Source: Octopus sinensis
Taxonomy: Eukaryota
Length of the DNA: 64,000 nt
Reading direction: 5' to 3'
Assembly: GCF_006345805.1 (NCBI RefSeq)
Contig: NC_042999.1
Coordinates: 9,610,001 to 9,674,000 of the forward strand
Shown here: positions 11,258 through 23,904 of the stretch, piece by piece
Layout: every line of letters begins with the position of its first letter
Position numbering within the stretch: the stretch's first letter is position 1
Position numbers and translations under genes: made by a program
Notes under the pieces: model-generated
Seen by the model: the letters and a program-made list of their open reading frames with translations, nothing else
Database searches by the model: none
What the model was told of the DNA's origin: nothing

Positions 11258-11552
11258 TTTAACGTAGGTCTACTGGATAAAGGTTGATCTAAGTTTAACA
11301 CGAACAACATCACGATTAACCTGAGGCAAATAATAGAATAAATGAGAATTACATTTTCCTTCTGCTTACCTCTGAAGAACGGGTGACATGGATGAGAGCT
11401 TTATAGCTTGCTCTGACATGATATATCAATGTCCAAATCAAAACATCTCGAAACTGAATCCAGTCTCTGAGGGTCTCTCTTGTTCCTCTCTCTAGACCCA
11501 GTTCGTCTCTCTTTTAACAGATGACATGTGAATGCATATCGCAAACTAACGT
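11258..11552 (-). repeat. inverted copy of the ~300-bp interior of the 10555-11045 MITE
   Basis: Reverse complement of 10612-10910 with scattered substitutions. It lacks the TIRs. Confidence 0.9.
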
Positions 11553-11934
11553 AGAGACTGAATTAGTTAACGTTACGTTAAGATAAGCTAAGTTTCTCTT
11601 CTAAAAACCAACCCTCCAGTGCGTTTTCACCTTGGAAGACAAATCGCAGCTGACGGGTCCTAATTTAGCAAAAGTTAAGACTAAGTTGTCTTTAATTATC
11701 ATATTTTCTCAGTGATCAAATGGTTTATGAAAACCGTTATTGATTATTGGAAAATCAATTCAGGTTCGTACAGAAACCATTATCATCATCATTATCATCA
11801 TCATTACCATCATCGTCATTAACATCATCATCATCATCATCATTCACGATGGTGAATCTACACATTACAGGTCACGTTAAATATGAGAATTTGTGTAACA
11901 TTGGTTTCAGGTTTTTTGGGGGGTGGGGTGCACA

Positions 11935-12310
11935 AAGCCAATAATTTCGTGGGGTGGGGTAAGTCGATTAGATCGATTCCAGCATTTAACCGATACTTAA
12001 TTTATCGACCCCAAAAGGATGAAAGGCAAAGCCGACCACGGCAGCATTTTGAACTCAGAACATGAAGACGGACGAAATACCTATTTCTTTATTACCCACA
12101 AGGGGCTAAACACAGAGGGGACAAACAAGGACAGACAAACGGATTAAGTCGATTATATCGACCCCAGTGCGTAACTGGTACTCATTTAATCGACCCCGAA
12201 AGGATGAAAGGCAAAGCCGATCTTGGCGGAATTTTGAACTCAGAACATGAAGACGGACGAAATACCGCTAAGCATTTCGCCCAGCCTACTAACAATTCTG
12301 CTCGCTACCA
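11935..12310 (-). mobile_element. SINE family B dimer
   Basis: Head-core-Tx1 tail (12084-12124), then half-head-core-tail 2. Confidence 0.9.
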
Positions 12311-12892
12311 GCAGATTTTTATATTTTCATTCCTTCAGTAAAAAAAAAAATTATTTCCAAGGGTTAACACACCATTTCATTGAATAGCATATTTCAAGAA
12401 TAGATTTTTAAAAAAAGTATTCTTTTATCACCTTGCTAACAACGTACCTCCCAAACGTCTGTCAATCGAATATTAGAATACACTGCTATATTTGGTGATT
12501 CTATAATTCATTTTTTAAATTAGATATAAACGGAATCTGATTTACTGCCGAATTCCCAAACCGCGTCACCTCCTCGCCCGATTTCCTAACAATTCTCATC
12601 AAACATCGAAATATGTAACAGAGGAAGCTTCCTTTATCGCTTTATCACAAATTTGGAAATTTCTATGCAAAAATGTCATTAATTTCTCGTAATTAAATCT
12701 CAGTTTTTCATCAATTTTTTTCTCAGTGACCTAATGATATGAACCTCCCATAGGAGGCGCTCTTATGAAGATGAGCAATAAATTTGAACAATGAATGACA
12801 TTCCGTACAATAAATCAGACAAAATTGATGTTTATATATAAATATATATTTCATGGTATCACCATGACTAGTTAGAAACGTATGTGTGCATA

Positions 12893-12898
12893 TATGTT

Positions 12899-12943
<45 letters not shown>

Positions 12944-13084
12944 CTATTCTATCACATTTAGCTTTTAATTATGTGTATTATCGATCTATCTATCTATCTA
13001 TCTATCTATCTACATGCCTATCTCTTTATCTCTCTGCCTATTTATCTATCTGTCTGTCTGTCAGTCTGTGTGTCTTTCTGTCTA

Positions 13085-13085
<1 letters not shown>
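12893..13085. repeat. compound (TG)n/(TATC)n/(TGTC)n microsatellite
   Basis: Direct inspection. Confidence 0.9.
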
Positions 13086-13525
<440 letters not shown>

Positions 13526-13615
13526 AAAGAAGTGAGAGAAATGCTCAATACATGTTAAAGAGGATATGCTTTGGTTTGTTTCAACGAAACTGAAAATCGA
13601 GCCTCGAGACAGACT

Positions 13616-13718
13616 CATACATACATACATACATACATACATACATACATACATACATACATACATACATACATACATACATACATACATACATACATAC
13701 ATACGTACGTACGTACAT
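13616..13718. repeat. (CATA)n microsatellite
   Basis: Direct inspection. Confidence 0.97.
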
Positions 13719-13896
13719 AATTCGTACTTTACAAGTGCGATCTGTGAGTGGAACAGTAAAAATATTCAAGACTTTTCTCAAATTCCAAATGTGAATTTTT
13801 CTATGTTAACTACATCCCAAAGACGGAGCCTTGTACCTTTGTTGGAAACCGGCTCCCTCCTCAGTGGAAGATTTATAATAATTAAAAAATAGAAGA
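13719..13896 (+). mobile_element. R4-type REL LINE, short 5'-truncated 3' end (CATA family, copy 1)
   Basis: Translates IRTLQVRSVSGTVKIFKTFLKFQM*. It is homologous to the reverse complement of 41763-41945 and is flanked by (CATA)n on both sides. Confidence 0.8.
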
Positions 13897-13962
13897 CATA
13901 AATACATACATACATACATACATACATACATACATACATACATACATACATACATACATACA
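13897..13962. repeat. (CATA)n microsatellite
   Basis: Direct inspection. Confidence 0.97.
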
Positions 13963-14225
13963 TGCATGGTGGTAGTCTACTTATGCAGACCTCAGATCCA
14001 TCATGACGTTTAATGTGGCTTTTTAAAACCAGACAATGTATTGAAAAGACACCCACATAGATTGCATATCCGATTTGGACCACCAAGAGCTGCAGTCAAG
14101 TTCTGATCTTTGTGGGTCTTAAAATATCTTTTGAGGCCTCCATTAGATTTGCAGACCTTATGGTATACACGGCATTGAAAGGTGTGCACATGTCTATATA
14201 GACAGACTCGTTGGTGGAGGTTCGT
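13963..14225 (-). mobile_element. RTE-like LINE 3' fragment with two C2H2-like fingers
   Basis: Minus-strand translation FQCRVYHKVCKSNGGLKRYFKTH...RICNLCGCLFNTLSGFKSHIKRH resembles RTE C-terminal fingers. It runs into (TATG)n. Confidence 0.6.
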
Positions 14226-14675
14226 ATGTACATATGTACATTTTATATAATACTATTATCTTGCAATAAATCCTCCATTATTTTAACTTAATATTTTCAT
14301 TTTATTTCCATTTTTTTCTTCTCGCTTTGCCCAAATTTTCCCAAATGTTCATCGAATGAAGAAGAGTGTCTCCATCCCCACCCACCCTCTGCCCTGGTCG
14401 GTAAATGTATGGTTTATAGCATCTGCTTATCTGTTTGTTTTATATTTTATGGCCTGTCCAGACTTCTAGATCAAATTTCTACTGAAACTATACATGTCTG
14501 TGTGTATGTGTGTGCGTGGAGAGAGAGAGAGAGAGAGAGAAAGAAAGAGAGAGAAAGATAGAGACAGACAGACAGACAGACAAACAACAGGTAGATAGAC
14601 AGACTGACAGACAGACAGATAGACAGATAGATTGACATGTAGGGAGGCAGACAGGCAGGTAAGCAGGCTTACATA

Positions 14676-14915
14676 TGAAGTTACATTCCATAAGTTTTGA
14701 GACATTTTCAGAAGCGACATTTATTAATGATTTTAGAGTAAAAAACTCTAATCTCGTTCAAAGTCGGATCCTCTAACTTCAATGCATTTGTAGTGTTATA
14801 ACCACTTTGTGGAGGCTCCATGGAAGTCCTCCGAAGTGGTGAAGGCGTCCAGAACCCTTATCACAGCTTCCTTCATCTTCTCAATGTCTCCCAAACGACT
14901 GGCCCTGAGGTCCTC
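14676..14915 (-). mobile_element. mariner transposon 3' remnant with TIR
   Basis: KEDLRASRLGDIEKMKEAVIRVLDAFTTSEDFHGASTKWL*HYKCIEVRGSDFERD* matches the mariner transposase C-terminus (KCIE..G.YFE). TA|TGAAGTTACATTCCATAAGTTTTGAGAC is TIR-like. Confidence 0.75.
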
Positions 14916-16064
14916 CTTTACAGGGGGTAGGCTTTGCATTGTAAGGAGAATGAGGGAGTTTAAAACTTATATCACACCTTACAGCAATAATATTAATTGC
15001 TTCTAAATCTCTGCTTTAAAAGAAAACTGAGCGAAAAAATTTGAGTCGAAAGCAAATTTTAAATCTATTGTATGTTTGGTAGACATGACAGATCATTGGA
15101 TTGCAGTATTTAGTTGTTTTCTTACGTTCTGAGTTCAAATCCTGCTGAAATAACCTACCACCCATCACTCTGAGGTCAAGAAAATAATGTAATATTATAT
15201 AGTCAGCTATCACTGTCCTTCCATACTTTTTTCACTCAAATATACATGAAGGCATCCATCTTACACACATTCATCTTTTTGCCAATTGTCAATTGCTTCT
15301 TATATTTCATGGTCGATAAAAGATATACCACTAATATACTTGGTTGAAGTAAATTTATTACAATGCCTTTTTTTTCTTTTTTGCTGGAAGGGTGTTATGA
15401 ATATCCCAGTTGTAATTATTGGGAGTCTCAGAGTCATAAGTTATTTTGCAGAAAGGTTAAAGCGACTGACAAAATATCTTCAAATATTTGCTTACATCTT
15501 AAATTCAGAGTTCAAATCATATCGAGTCTACCTTGGTATTGCTTCCCTCTGCGGGGGAGATAGAAAAGGCGGGTATCAAGTACTCGAGGCAGTCAGTCCA
15601 GTCCAGTAGCTTCTCCTCTATTCCTCAATACGGATGGTTTTTTTATGACAAGATAAATTATTGGTTTTCATATTGTAACATAACGATCGTTCGCAGATAG
15701 ACATGCAATCCTCGAGTAATCGATCCGTTGGCGTGCATTCAGACAAGGACAATTGCGAAATCGAGAACCTCTAATTTTCATGACTTGTTCATAAATTATT
15801 CTGATAATTCGGTTTCAATTCCCACCTGAAATCGCTTCACTCCCATCATTACATAATGATTGTTCACTGAATAAACAAACACGTCTCTTTGCATTCGCCA
15901 ATTACTTCTCCCCTCTAACTTTCTCCTCCGCTTTCTCTCTCTCCCTTTCTTTATCGCTATCTATCTCTCTTTCTCTCTTACATAATTCTTGTCTCATGCT
16001 AGTAAAACATCATTACTAGAGCCTTTGTTAATTCTAGACGTTATGTCAAGGACATTACACCACT

Positions 16065-16307
16065 AAGCACACACACACACACACACACACACGCGCGCAG
16101 ATGACTCTATATCATGCATACAGGGATGTATGACGTATAGGGATGAATAAATATATACAAACATACATAATAGATATATGTATTTATAAACGCCCATATG
16201 TGGTGTGCGTGTGTATGTGTGTGTACATATACATATAGATATAGATATATACACACACGCACGCATATATATATATATATATGAATTTATATATATATAT
16301 GTATATG

Positions 16308-16341
<34 letters not shown>

Positions 16342-16568
16342 GATAGATACACCCGTATACATACATGAATATATATATATAAGCACCTACATGTATATAT
16401 ATATATATACACACACACACGCATGCATATACATATGTCGATGGATAATCAGAATTGTAAGAATGTCAAACCGGATGCCTCGCAATATTTATCCCACCCC
16501 TTTGTGTTCTAAGTTCTATTCCCGCCATCTGTGTGTGTGAATATGTGTGCGTATGTATGTAAGTATGT

Positions 16569-16610
<42 letters not shown>

Positions 16611-16711
16611 ATTTATGTACTAATGTATTTGTAGTACTTATATTTATGCATATAAATATTTAGACAGACAGACAGACAGATAGATAAACAGAGAGACAGA
16701 CAGACAGATAG

Positions 16712-16784
<73 letters not shown>

Positions 16785-16907
16785 TGTGGTTGCAATGTAC
16801 AGAAAACAAAACACTAAAAGAGATGAGGGAAGCAGGTGCGTGCATGTGTGTGTGGGGGGGGGGTGTTTATGGGTATTATGCACACGTGTATGCATGCACG
16901 CATACCT

Positions 16908-16940
<33 letters not shown>
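16065..16940. repeat. cluster of (CA)n, (TA)n, (TG)n, (GACA)n, (GATA)n and (GA)n microsatellites
   Basis: Direct inspection. Confidence 0.95.
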
Positions 16941-16941
<1 letters not shown>

Positions 16942-17278
16942 TGAGCGAAAGAGAGGGAAATTAAGAGAGGCAGATATGTAGGTAGGTAGGCAGGTGGGTG
17001 GCTATAGGCGAAGCCAAACATGTGTGATGTGCGATGGTGAAGAGGAGAAACTGTCCAGTTCTGTCTCTGTGTTTGGTCCGAATCACGTTCTCCCAGAAGC
17101 GCTCTTTTTACTGTTCCCATCTGTTTACATCAACGACTCAGTCCAACGTACAACATAAATAACGACAAACGTCAATATTTATACTGAAAACAATCGGCGG
17201 TTCTTAGAGCATCGCCTACTGGCGTCATTTTCGGCTGGTTTCTCTCGCAGATACAATCCCCCGGTTATTCGTTACACG

Positions 17279-17279
<1 letters not shown>

Positions 17280-17345
<66 letters not shown>
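17280..17345. repeat. (TC)n microsatellite
   Basis: Direct inspection. Confidence 0.97.
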
Positions 17346-17348
<3 letters not shown>

Positions 17349-17521
17349 ATTAGTGCCATCCGGTTCTTTTAAATTGGCCTCAAATCAATGTCGTTATTGA
17401 CCAAAGATATCAAAACAAAGTTGGTTGAGTTCAGAGAGGGGATTCTACAGTAAAATATCAACGAAGTGGTGTGTCGGGGGGGTAATATTGGAGAGTGGGG
17501 GAGGGTCTGCGAAATAATAAG

Positions 17522-17554
<33 letters not shown>

Positions 17555-17807
17555 AATAATGGGCTAGGTATACAGGGAGTTATGTTGAAAGGTGTGTTAG
17601 AACAATGAAACAAAAAGGGTTGTTTGCTCTACGTGAAAGGAAACAGAACCACTGACGACAAAGTAACTCACAGCCATCTTTAAACACTTTCACGCATGCG
17701 CAAACTGTTTCTCTCATAACCAAGCACAAACATTAATATATTCACTCAAGCTATTCCAGGGACGTAAACACACCACCACCGGTTGTCAAGTAAAGATGGA
17801 CACACAG

Positions 17808-17881
<74 letters not shown>

Positions 17882-17888
17882 TATATAT

Positions 17889-18638
17889 CCTGTATTTGAT
17901 GGCTCATAAGACGCTCCTTTTTTTTACCCCAAAATGGCTTTAAAAATCCCCCTGCGTCCAATGCACTCAATACAGGCTCAAAACTCGCTCAAAATGGTAT
18001 GTATGTTTACAAAACGTGTGCTGCCATCTATTGGTGAAGAATTGCCTACGGTATGTTTATATCGACTGTGGGTGCCATAAATTGCTTATAATTACCTGTA
18101 ATAACATAAAGTTATACAGGAGTGGCTGTGTGGTAAGTAGCTTGCTAATCAACCATATGGTTCCGGGTTCAGTCTCACTGCGTGGCATCTTGGGCAAGTG
18201 TCTTCTGCTATAGCCCTGGGCCGACCAATGCCTTGTGAGTGAATTTGGTAGACGGAAACTGAAAGAAGACTGTCGTATATATGTATATATATATGTGTGT
18301 GTGTGTGTGTGTTTGTGTGTGTGTTTGTTCTCCTAGCATTGCTTGACAACCGATGCTGGTGTGTTTACGTCCCCGTCACTTAGCGGTTCGGCAAAAAGAG
18401 ACCGATAGAATAAGTACTGGGCTTACAAAGAATAAGTCCCGGGGTCGATTTGCTCGACTAAAGGCGGTGCTCCAGCATGGCCGCAGTCAAATGACTGAAA
18501 CAAGTAAAAGAGTAAAAGAGAGTAAAGGTAAGTGGAGGAATTAAAACATTATTTTAATGGTAATTTATTTTACAAAAGTATAGCCTAAGCTAGGGTGCGT
18601 CCTACACACTCGTGCGTTTTATAAGCCATCAAATTCGG
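17889..18638. mobile_element. Tc1-mariner superfamily (Tc2/pogo-like) MITE interrupted by SINE A
   Basis: Left cc(t)gtatttgatggctcataagacgc and right gcgttttataagccatcaaattcgg|ta are inverse TIRs of the CCGTATTT...ATAAGACGC type. Confidence 0.7.
18119..18528 (+). mobile_element. SINE family A, full length
   Basis: tRNA-like head, cttgggcaagtgtctt body, internal (TA)n(TG)n, CR1-like tail ggcggtgctccagcatggccgcag and (AAAGAGT)n end. Confidence 0.95.
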
Positions 18639-18934
18639 TATATACATCCATCCCTGGGTGCCGGTGTAGTATGTGATCTACATTAGTTCAAATCGTATAG
18701 CTTGTTATCTACAACGACTTTTTTTAATGATATCCGTGCTGTATACAAAGAGTCACGGTATTCATGTTTCTAGTATGAAATAAAAATCAATGAAAAATTT
18801 TCTTTTTCTTTTATTATTTAAATATTTAACTCACTCTTCTAATTATAATTGCAAATTTATAACAAAATTTTGAATGTAAATCACAAACTACACTGGCACC
18901 CATACAATACATACACACACACACACACGGTGGA

Positions 18935-19230
18935 GGTGTTTTAAATGTTTGTTGAGCGAAAACATCTAAAGCCCCACGTGGCTCCGGTAGGGGTAGGTGG
19001 CGAACCCTGCTGTACTCTTTCACATCTTTCTCTCCCTGTTTCTGTTGCACCTGTATTTCAAAGGGGCCAGCCTTGTCACACTCTGTATCACCCTGAATCT
19101 CCCCAAGATCTACATTAAGGGTACACATGTCTGTGGAGTGCTCAGCCACTTGCACGTTAATTTCACGAGCAGGCTGTTCCGTTGATCGGATCAACTGGAA
19201 CCCTCGTCGCCGTAACCGACGGAGTGCCGT
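18935..19230 (+). mobile_element. SINE group C variant, body and tail
   Basis: gtctgtggagtgctcagccacttgcacgttaatttcacgagcaggctgttccg is shared with 22676-22988 and 57407-57688. Confidence 0.8.
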
Positions 19231-19234
19231 AGCA

Positions 19235-19400
19235 TATATATATACGAAGGTTTCTTTTAGTTTCCATCTACCAAATCCACTGACAAGTTTTGGTTGGCCC
19301 GAGGCTATAGCAGAAGTCATTTGCCCAACATGACATGCAGTTAGAACTCGAAACCATGCGGTCGGGCAGCAGGATTCTTACCACGCAGCTACTCTTGCGT
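19235..19400 (-). mobile_element. SINE family A head fragment
   Basis: ccaaatccactgacaag...gaggctatagcagaag...aaccatgcgg. Confidence 0.8.
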
Positions 19401-19482
19401 CTCATCTTATTCTTAATAACCTTCTGGAATATTCAGAAGTGAATATTTGACCTTCATCGGCGAACACCACGTGTCTTTAGAC

Positions 19483-19740
19483 CAGTGGTTCTCAACTGGG
19501 ATTCCTTTGGGGATCCATATGACCCTTAAGGGTTCATATAACCCTGGCGGTCCCTATAAGATTTTGTTGTTAGAATTTACCAGCAATAAATTGGTTATAC
19601 TTCTCCAATACACGAAATATTTTATTGATCCTTTTTTATACAATTCATAAGATTTAATTCCAAAGATATAAAAGCATTTTTAAAATAGCGAATGACTACG
19701 AGGCTTCTTCTGAGTAAAATAGGAACAAATAATCCAAACT
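19483..19740 (+). mobile_element. hAT-like MITE fragment (one TIR seen)
   Basis: Begins CAGTGGTTCTCAAC, the Charlie/hAT-type terminus. The opposite TIR was not found. Confidence 0.45.
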
Positions 19741-19746
19741 TAAATA

Positions 19747-20137
19747 GGTGCAGGAGTGGCTGTGTGGTAAGTAGCTTGCTAACCAACCCCATGGTTCCGG
19801 GTTCAGTCTCACTGCGTGGCATCTTGGGCTAGTGTCTTCTGCTATAGCCCCAGGCCGACCAATGCCTTGTGAGTGGATTTGGTAGTCGGAAACTGAAAGA
19901 AGCCTGTCGTATATATGTATATATATATATGTGTGTGTGTGTCTGTGTTTGTCCCCCTAGCATTGCTTGACAACCGATGCTGGTGTGTTTACGTCCCCGT
20001 CACTTAGCGGTTCGGCAAAAGACACCGATAGAATAAGTACTGGGCCTACAAAGAATAAGTCCCGGGGTCGATTTGCCCGACTAAAGGCGGTGCTCCAGCA
20101 TGGCCGCAGTCAAATGACTGAAACAAGTAAAAGAGAG
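19747..20137 (+). mobile_element. SINE family A, full length
   Basis: Near-identical to 18119-18528. Confidence 0.95.
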
Positions 20138-20762
20138 CTAACGATTTAATTTCGATTAAAGCAGGATGCTAGCCACCACTTGGTCTAATAGTTCGTACGC
20201 AGCTGTCTCGATGGTCTCCTTATACCCCGCGCTTCATAAAGATTATTTAATATCAAATAAGCTATCAGTATAATATATAAAATCATCATGGTATATTTTG
20301 AAATTTAAATACGCTGTAATTATCTTATTAAACTTCGTAATTTTAGATTAGAGTATTCGTTTGCCAGCTGTCATTTTCCTACACCACAAATACGTTTAAT
20401 ATGAAATCCAGATATGTTATTGTTTAGCTTAAACACATTTTCAAGTAGATAAAATGTTTCGAGGAAATTTAATATAGATTTTGAACGTGATATAATTGTT
20501 TTGTTTTGTGCTGTTTTTTATTTCAACAATAATTTAATTTTAGTGCTTCGTTATTCTGGTTTGTTGTAGTGGCGTTAATCTTTATCGGAAAGATAAATAT
20601 ATTTCGTGAGTATTTCAATAGCGATTATATATCATAGCTATGTCTAAATCTCTTAATTTCTTTCCTCTTTTCGAAATAAATGAAGGTAAAATATAATTGC
20701 AACATTTGATTTAGCGCAAAATTGCAAGAACACAAGACAATGATATTATTTCAACCGGGAAG

Positions 20763-21450
20763 GGCGGCGAGCTGGCAGAAACGTTAGCACGTCGGGCGAA
20801 ATACTTTGTGGTATTTCGTCTGCCGCTACGTTCTGAGTTCAAATTCCGCCGAGGTCGACTTTGCCTTTAATCCTTTCGGGGTCGATTAAATAAGTACAAG
20901 TTTCGCACTGGGGTCGATATAATCGACTTAGTCCGTTTGTCTGTCTTTCTTTGTCCTCTCTGTGTTTCGCCCCTTGTGGGTAGTAAAGAAATAGATATTT
21001 CTTCTGCTCTACGTTCTGAGTCCAAATTCCGCTGAGGTCGACTTTGCCTTTCGTCCTTTCGCGGTCGATAAATTAAGTACCAGTTACGCACTGGGGCCGA
21101 TGTAATCGTCTTAATCCTTTCGCCCAAATTTGAGACCTTCTTCTTCCAATAGAATCGATTAATTAAAGTGGGGAGCTGGCAGAATCGATAACATGCTGGG
21201 CTCAACGTCGTTTCGTCCGTCTTCGCATTTTCAGTTTAAATTCCACAAAGGTCGGCGAGCTTTCCAAATCGTTTGAACGTTGCGCGAAATGTTTGGCGAG
21301 ATTCGGTCCGTCTTTACGTTCTGACTTCAAATTGCGCCGAGGTCGACTTTGCTTTCCATCCTTTCGCGATCGATAAAGTAAGTACCAGTTAAACACTGGT
21401 GGCGATGAAATAGTCTTAGCCCCTCCCCTCAAAATTACTGACCTTGTGCA
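20763..21450 (+). mobile_element. SINE family B dimer (20763-21150) followed by diverged B copies
   Basis: Head-core-Tx1 tail to ~20994, a second core to ~21150, and a further head/core at 21170-21450. Confidence 0.85.
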
Positions 21451-21552
21451 AAAATTTGAAACCCATATTATTAGTATTTGGCGGTGGGAAATATTTACAC
21501 AACATAGAAAATATCGATTTTCTTAAACAGATTTTGGATTTAAGCTTTCTTA

Positions 21553-21760
21553 TATTCTTTTCTACTCTAGGCAGAAGGCCTGAAAATTTGGCGGGAGAGG
21601 AGCAGTCGATTAGATCGACCCCAGTATGCAACTGGTACTTAATTTATCCACCCCAAACGATGAAAGGCAAATTCGACCTCGGTGGAATTTGAACTCAAGA
21701 CAGAAGACATACCGCGAACCAATTCGCTCGGCGTGTTAACGTTTCTCCCAGCTCGCCGCC
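21553..21760 (-). mobile_element. SINE family B monomer with tail 2
   Basis: tattcttttctactctaggcagaaggcctgaaaatttgg ... cccagctcgccgcc. Confidence 0.85.
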
Positions 21761-21862
21761 TTAATTCAAAACCAATATTATTAGTATTTGGGGGTAGGAA
21801 ATATTTACACAGCATAAACAAAAATCAGATTTTGAATTTAAAGCTTTCCTCTATGTTCCCTT

Positions 21863-22143
21863 GGAGGCACATAGCCTAGTGGTTAGAGCAGCGGACTCGC
21901 GGTCGAGGGATCGTGGGTTCGAATCTCAGACCGGGTGATGTGTGTGTGTTTATACTCCAGCAGAAGGTAATGGTGAAACTTCTGCTGATTCTTTCGCCAC
22001 AACTTTCTCTCAGTCTTTCCTCCTGCATCTTGCAGCTCACCTGCGACGGACCGGCGTCCCGTCCAGGTGGGGCACCTATACGCCAAGGAAACCGGGAAAC
22101 CGGCCCTTATGATGCAGGCATGGCTCGAGAAGGAACAAACAAT
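21863..22143 (+). mobile_element. tRNA-derived SINE (group C, well-preserved A/B boxes)
   Basis: ggcacatagcctagtggttagagcagcggactcgcggtcgagggatcgtgggttcgaatc head continues into cctgcgacggaccggcgtcccgtccagg and ggctcgagaaggaacaaacaa. Confidence 0.8.
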
Positions 22144-22264
22144 ATATTACCTTAAATAAACTTTAAAATTGTATTTAATGTAGGTATTTTAACTCCTATA
22201 CATTTAATGGACTCTCCCTATACATGGACTTTCCCAGAATCTAAAAAACTGGAAGTCGTTCTTT

Positions 22265-22420
22265 ATTTGATATTATATTTGTTTTCGGTCTGTGTTCAAA
22301 TTCCGCCGAGGCCGACTTTACCTTTCATCCTTTCGGGGTCGATAAATTAAGTACCAGTTGCGTCCTGGGGATCGCTCTAATCGATTGGCCCCTCCCCAAA
22401 AATTTCAAGCCTTGTATTTT
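22265..22420 (+). mobile_element. SINE family B 3' half
   Basis: gttcaaattccgccgaggccgactttacctttcatcctttcggggtcg...aatttcaagccttgt. Confidence 0.85.
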
Positions 22421-22675
22421 ATGTTTTATTTATTTATTTATTAGTTTATATCTTAATATTTACACACACAGGCGCGCGCGCATGTATGTACGGCTGCCTT
22501 AGTTTTTGCCTGTCTTACTTTTGCTGGTCAACTGGATCTGACATCAAGGCCTGCGTTTTATTCGTCTATATTTTCAAATGTTTGCACGTGTCAGTGTGTG
22601 TATTTATGTGTGTGTGTGTGTGTGTGTGAGTGTGAGCGAGTGATAGAGAGAGTCTGTGTGTTTCCATGTGTCGTG

Positions 22676-22988
22676 AAGGCACGTAGCTTAACAGTTACGG
22701 TGTTCGGTTCACGATTGTAAGGTCGTCGGTTCGATTTCCGGCAGCGTGTTATGTCCTTGAGCAAGACACTTTATTCCACAGTTGCTCCAGTTCGCCCAGC
22801 TGGCAAAAATGAGTCGTACCTGTGATTCAAAGGGCTGCCTTTGTTACATTTTATGTTGAATTTCCCTGAGAACTACGTTAAGGGCACGCATGTCTGTGGA
22901 GTGCTCAGCCACTTGCACGTTAATTTCATGAGCAGGCTGTTCCGTCGATTGGATCAACTGGAACCCTCGACGTCGTAACCGACGGATT
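22676..22988 (+). mobile_element. tRNA-derived CORE-like SINE (group C)
   Basis: A/B-box head, gtccttgagcaagacacttt...gttgctccagttcgcccagctggcaaaaatgagt body, and the tail shared with 18935 and 57407. Confidence 0.85.
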
Positions 22989-23002
22989 AACAAATTTTTT
23001 TA

Positions 23003-23072
<70 letters not shown>

Positions 23073-23099
23073 GTCAGAGGTAAAGGATGGGACACCTGA

Positions 23100-23345
23100 G
23101 AGGCCGGATGGAAGGACAGAAGGATTAAGTCGATTAAACCAGTGAGTAACTGGTACTTATTTAATCGACCTCGAAAGAATGAAAGGCAAAGTCGACCTCA
23201 GCGGAATTTGAACTCAGAACGTAGCGGCAGACGAAATACCTATTTCTATTGCTTTACTACACACAAGGGGCTAAACACAGAGAGGACAAACAAGAACAGA
23301 CAAACGAATTAAGTCGATTACATCGACCCCAGTGCGTAACTGGTG
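23100..23345 (-). mobile_element. SINE family B partial dimer
   Basis: core / gacgaaatacctatttc / Tx1-type tail / core. Confidence 0.85.
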
Positions 23346-23589
23346 GTTGATGGCCGAAAGGTTGATCGGGACGGACACAAACTATAAGGGAGGAGGTGCG
23401 ATTGATACGGAGGCACGGGCGCAGGTAAGGGCCGCATGAATAAAGCTGGGGGGATGACCGCGTCGATTAGATTAGCATGGGTCTGAAATGGCGCTTACTG
23501 TTATAAATAACCATATTCTCTACTCTCTACAGACTCTTGCATGACAACTGACCTTATCAAACATTTAGAGAAATAACGATTTCAACTTT

Positions 23590-23710
23590 TAGCACAAGGC
23601 CAGTAGGGAAGGGATAAGTTGATTACATCGACCCCAGTGTTCAACTGGTACTTATTTTATCGACCCCGATGGGATTAAAGGTGAAGTCGACTTCTGCTGA
23701 ATTCGACCCA
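23590..23710 (-). mobile_element. SINE family B 3' fragment
   Basis: gcacaaggcc...atcgaccccagtgttcaactggtacttattttatcgacccc. Confidence 0.8.
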
Positions 23711-23904
23711 GCACACAGATGATTCTTCCGTTTTGCGCCTTCAGAGACTCTGAAATAATGATCAACAATAACCTAAACTGGCTGGAGCGCCTACATCACT
23801 AATAAAATTGATATGGCCCGACCAAAATATTCTTCTTCTCCACAATTACAGATATCATCACTTTTTTAAAATTCTTTAAATTTGTCCGCTCTCACTTATT
23901 GTTC

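Noticed and set aside
13825-13850. Similarity of SINE B tail 2 (gccttgtgcctatagtagaaa) to the CATA-family R4 3' UTR (gccttgtgtctttgttggaaa)
   Set aside because: It is only about 16 of 21 nt, is not at the LINE terminus, and the SINE ends in (ATT)n rather than (CATA)n. This is insufficient for a partnership claim.
13990-14200. Two C2H2-like fingers as a host zinc-finger gene exon
   Set aside because: There are no TGEKP linkers, the first finger has lost ligands, and it ends in a microsatellite tail like an RTE C-terminus.
21863-21935. tRNA-like cloverleaf (also 5217-5285 and 22676-22745)
   Set aside because: The acceptor stem is imperfect and the sequence runs straight into SINE or PLE body. 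These are SINE heads, not functional tRNA genes.
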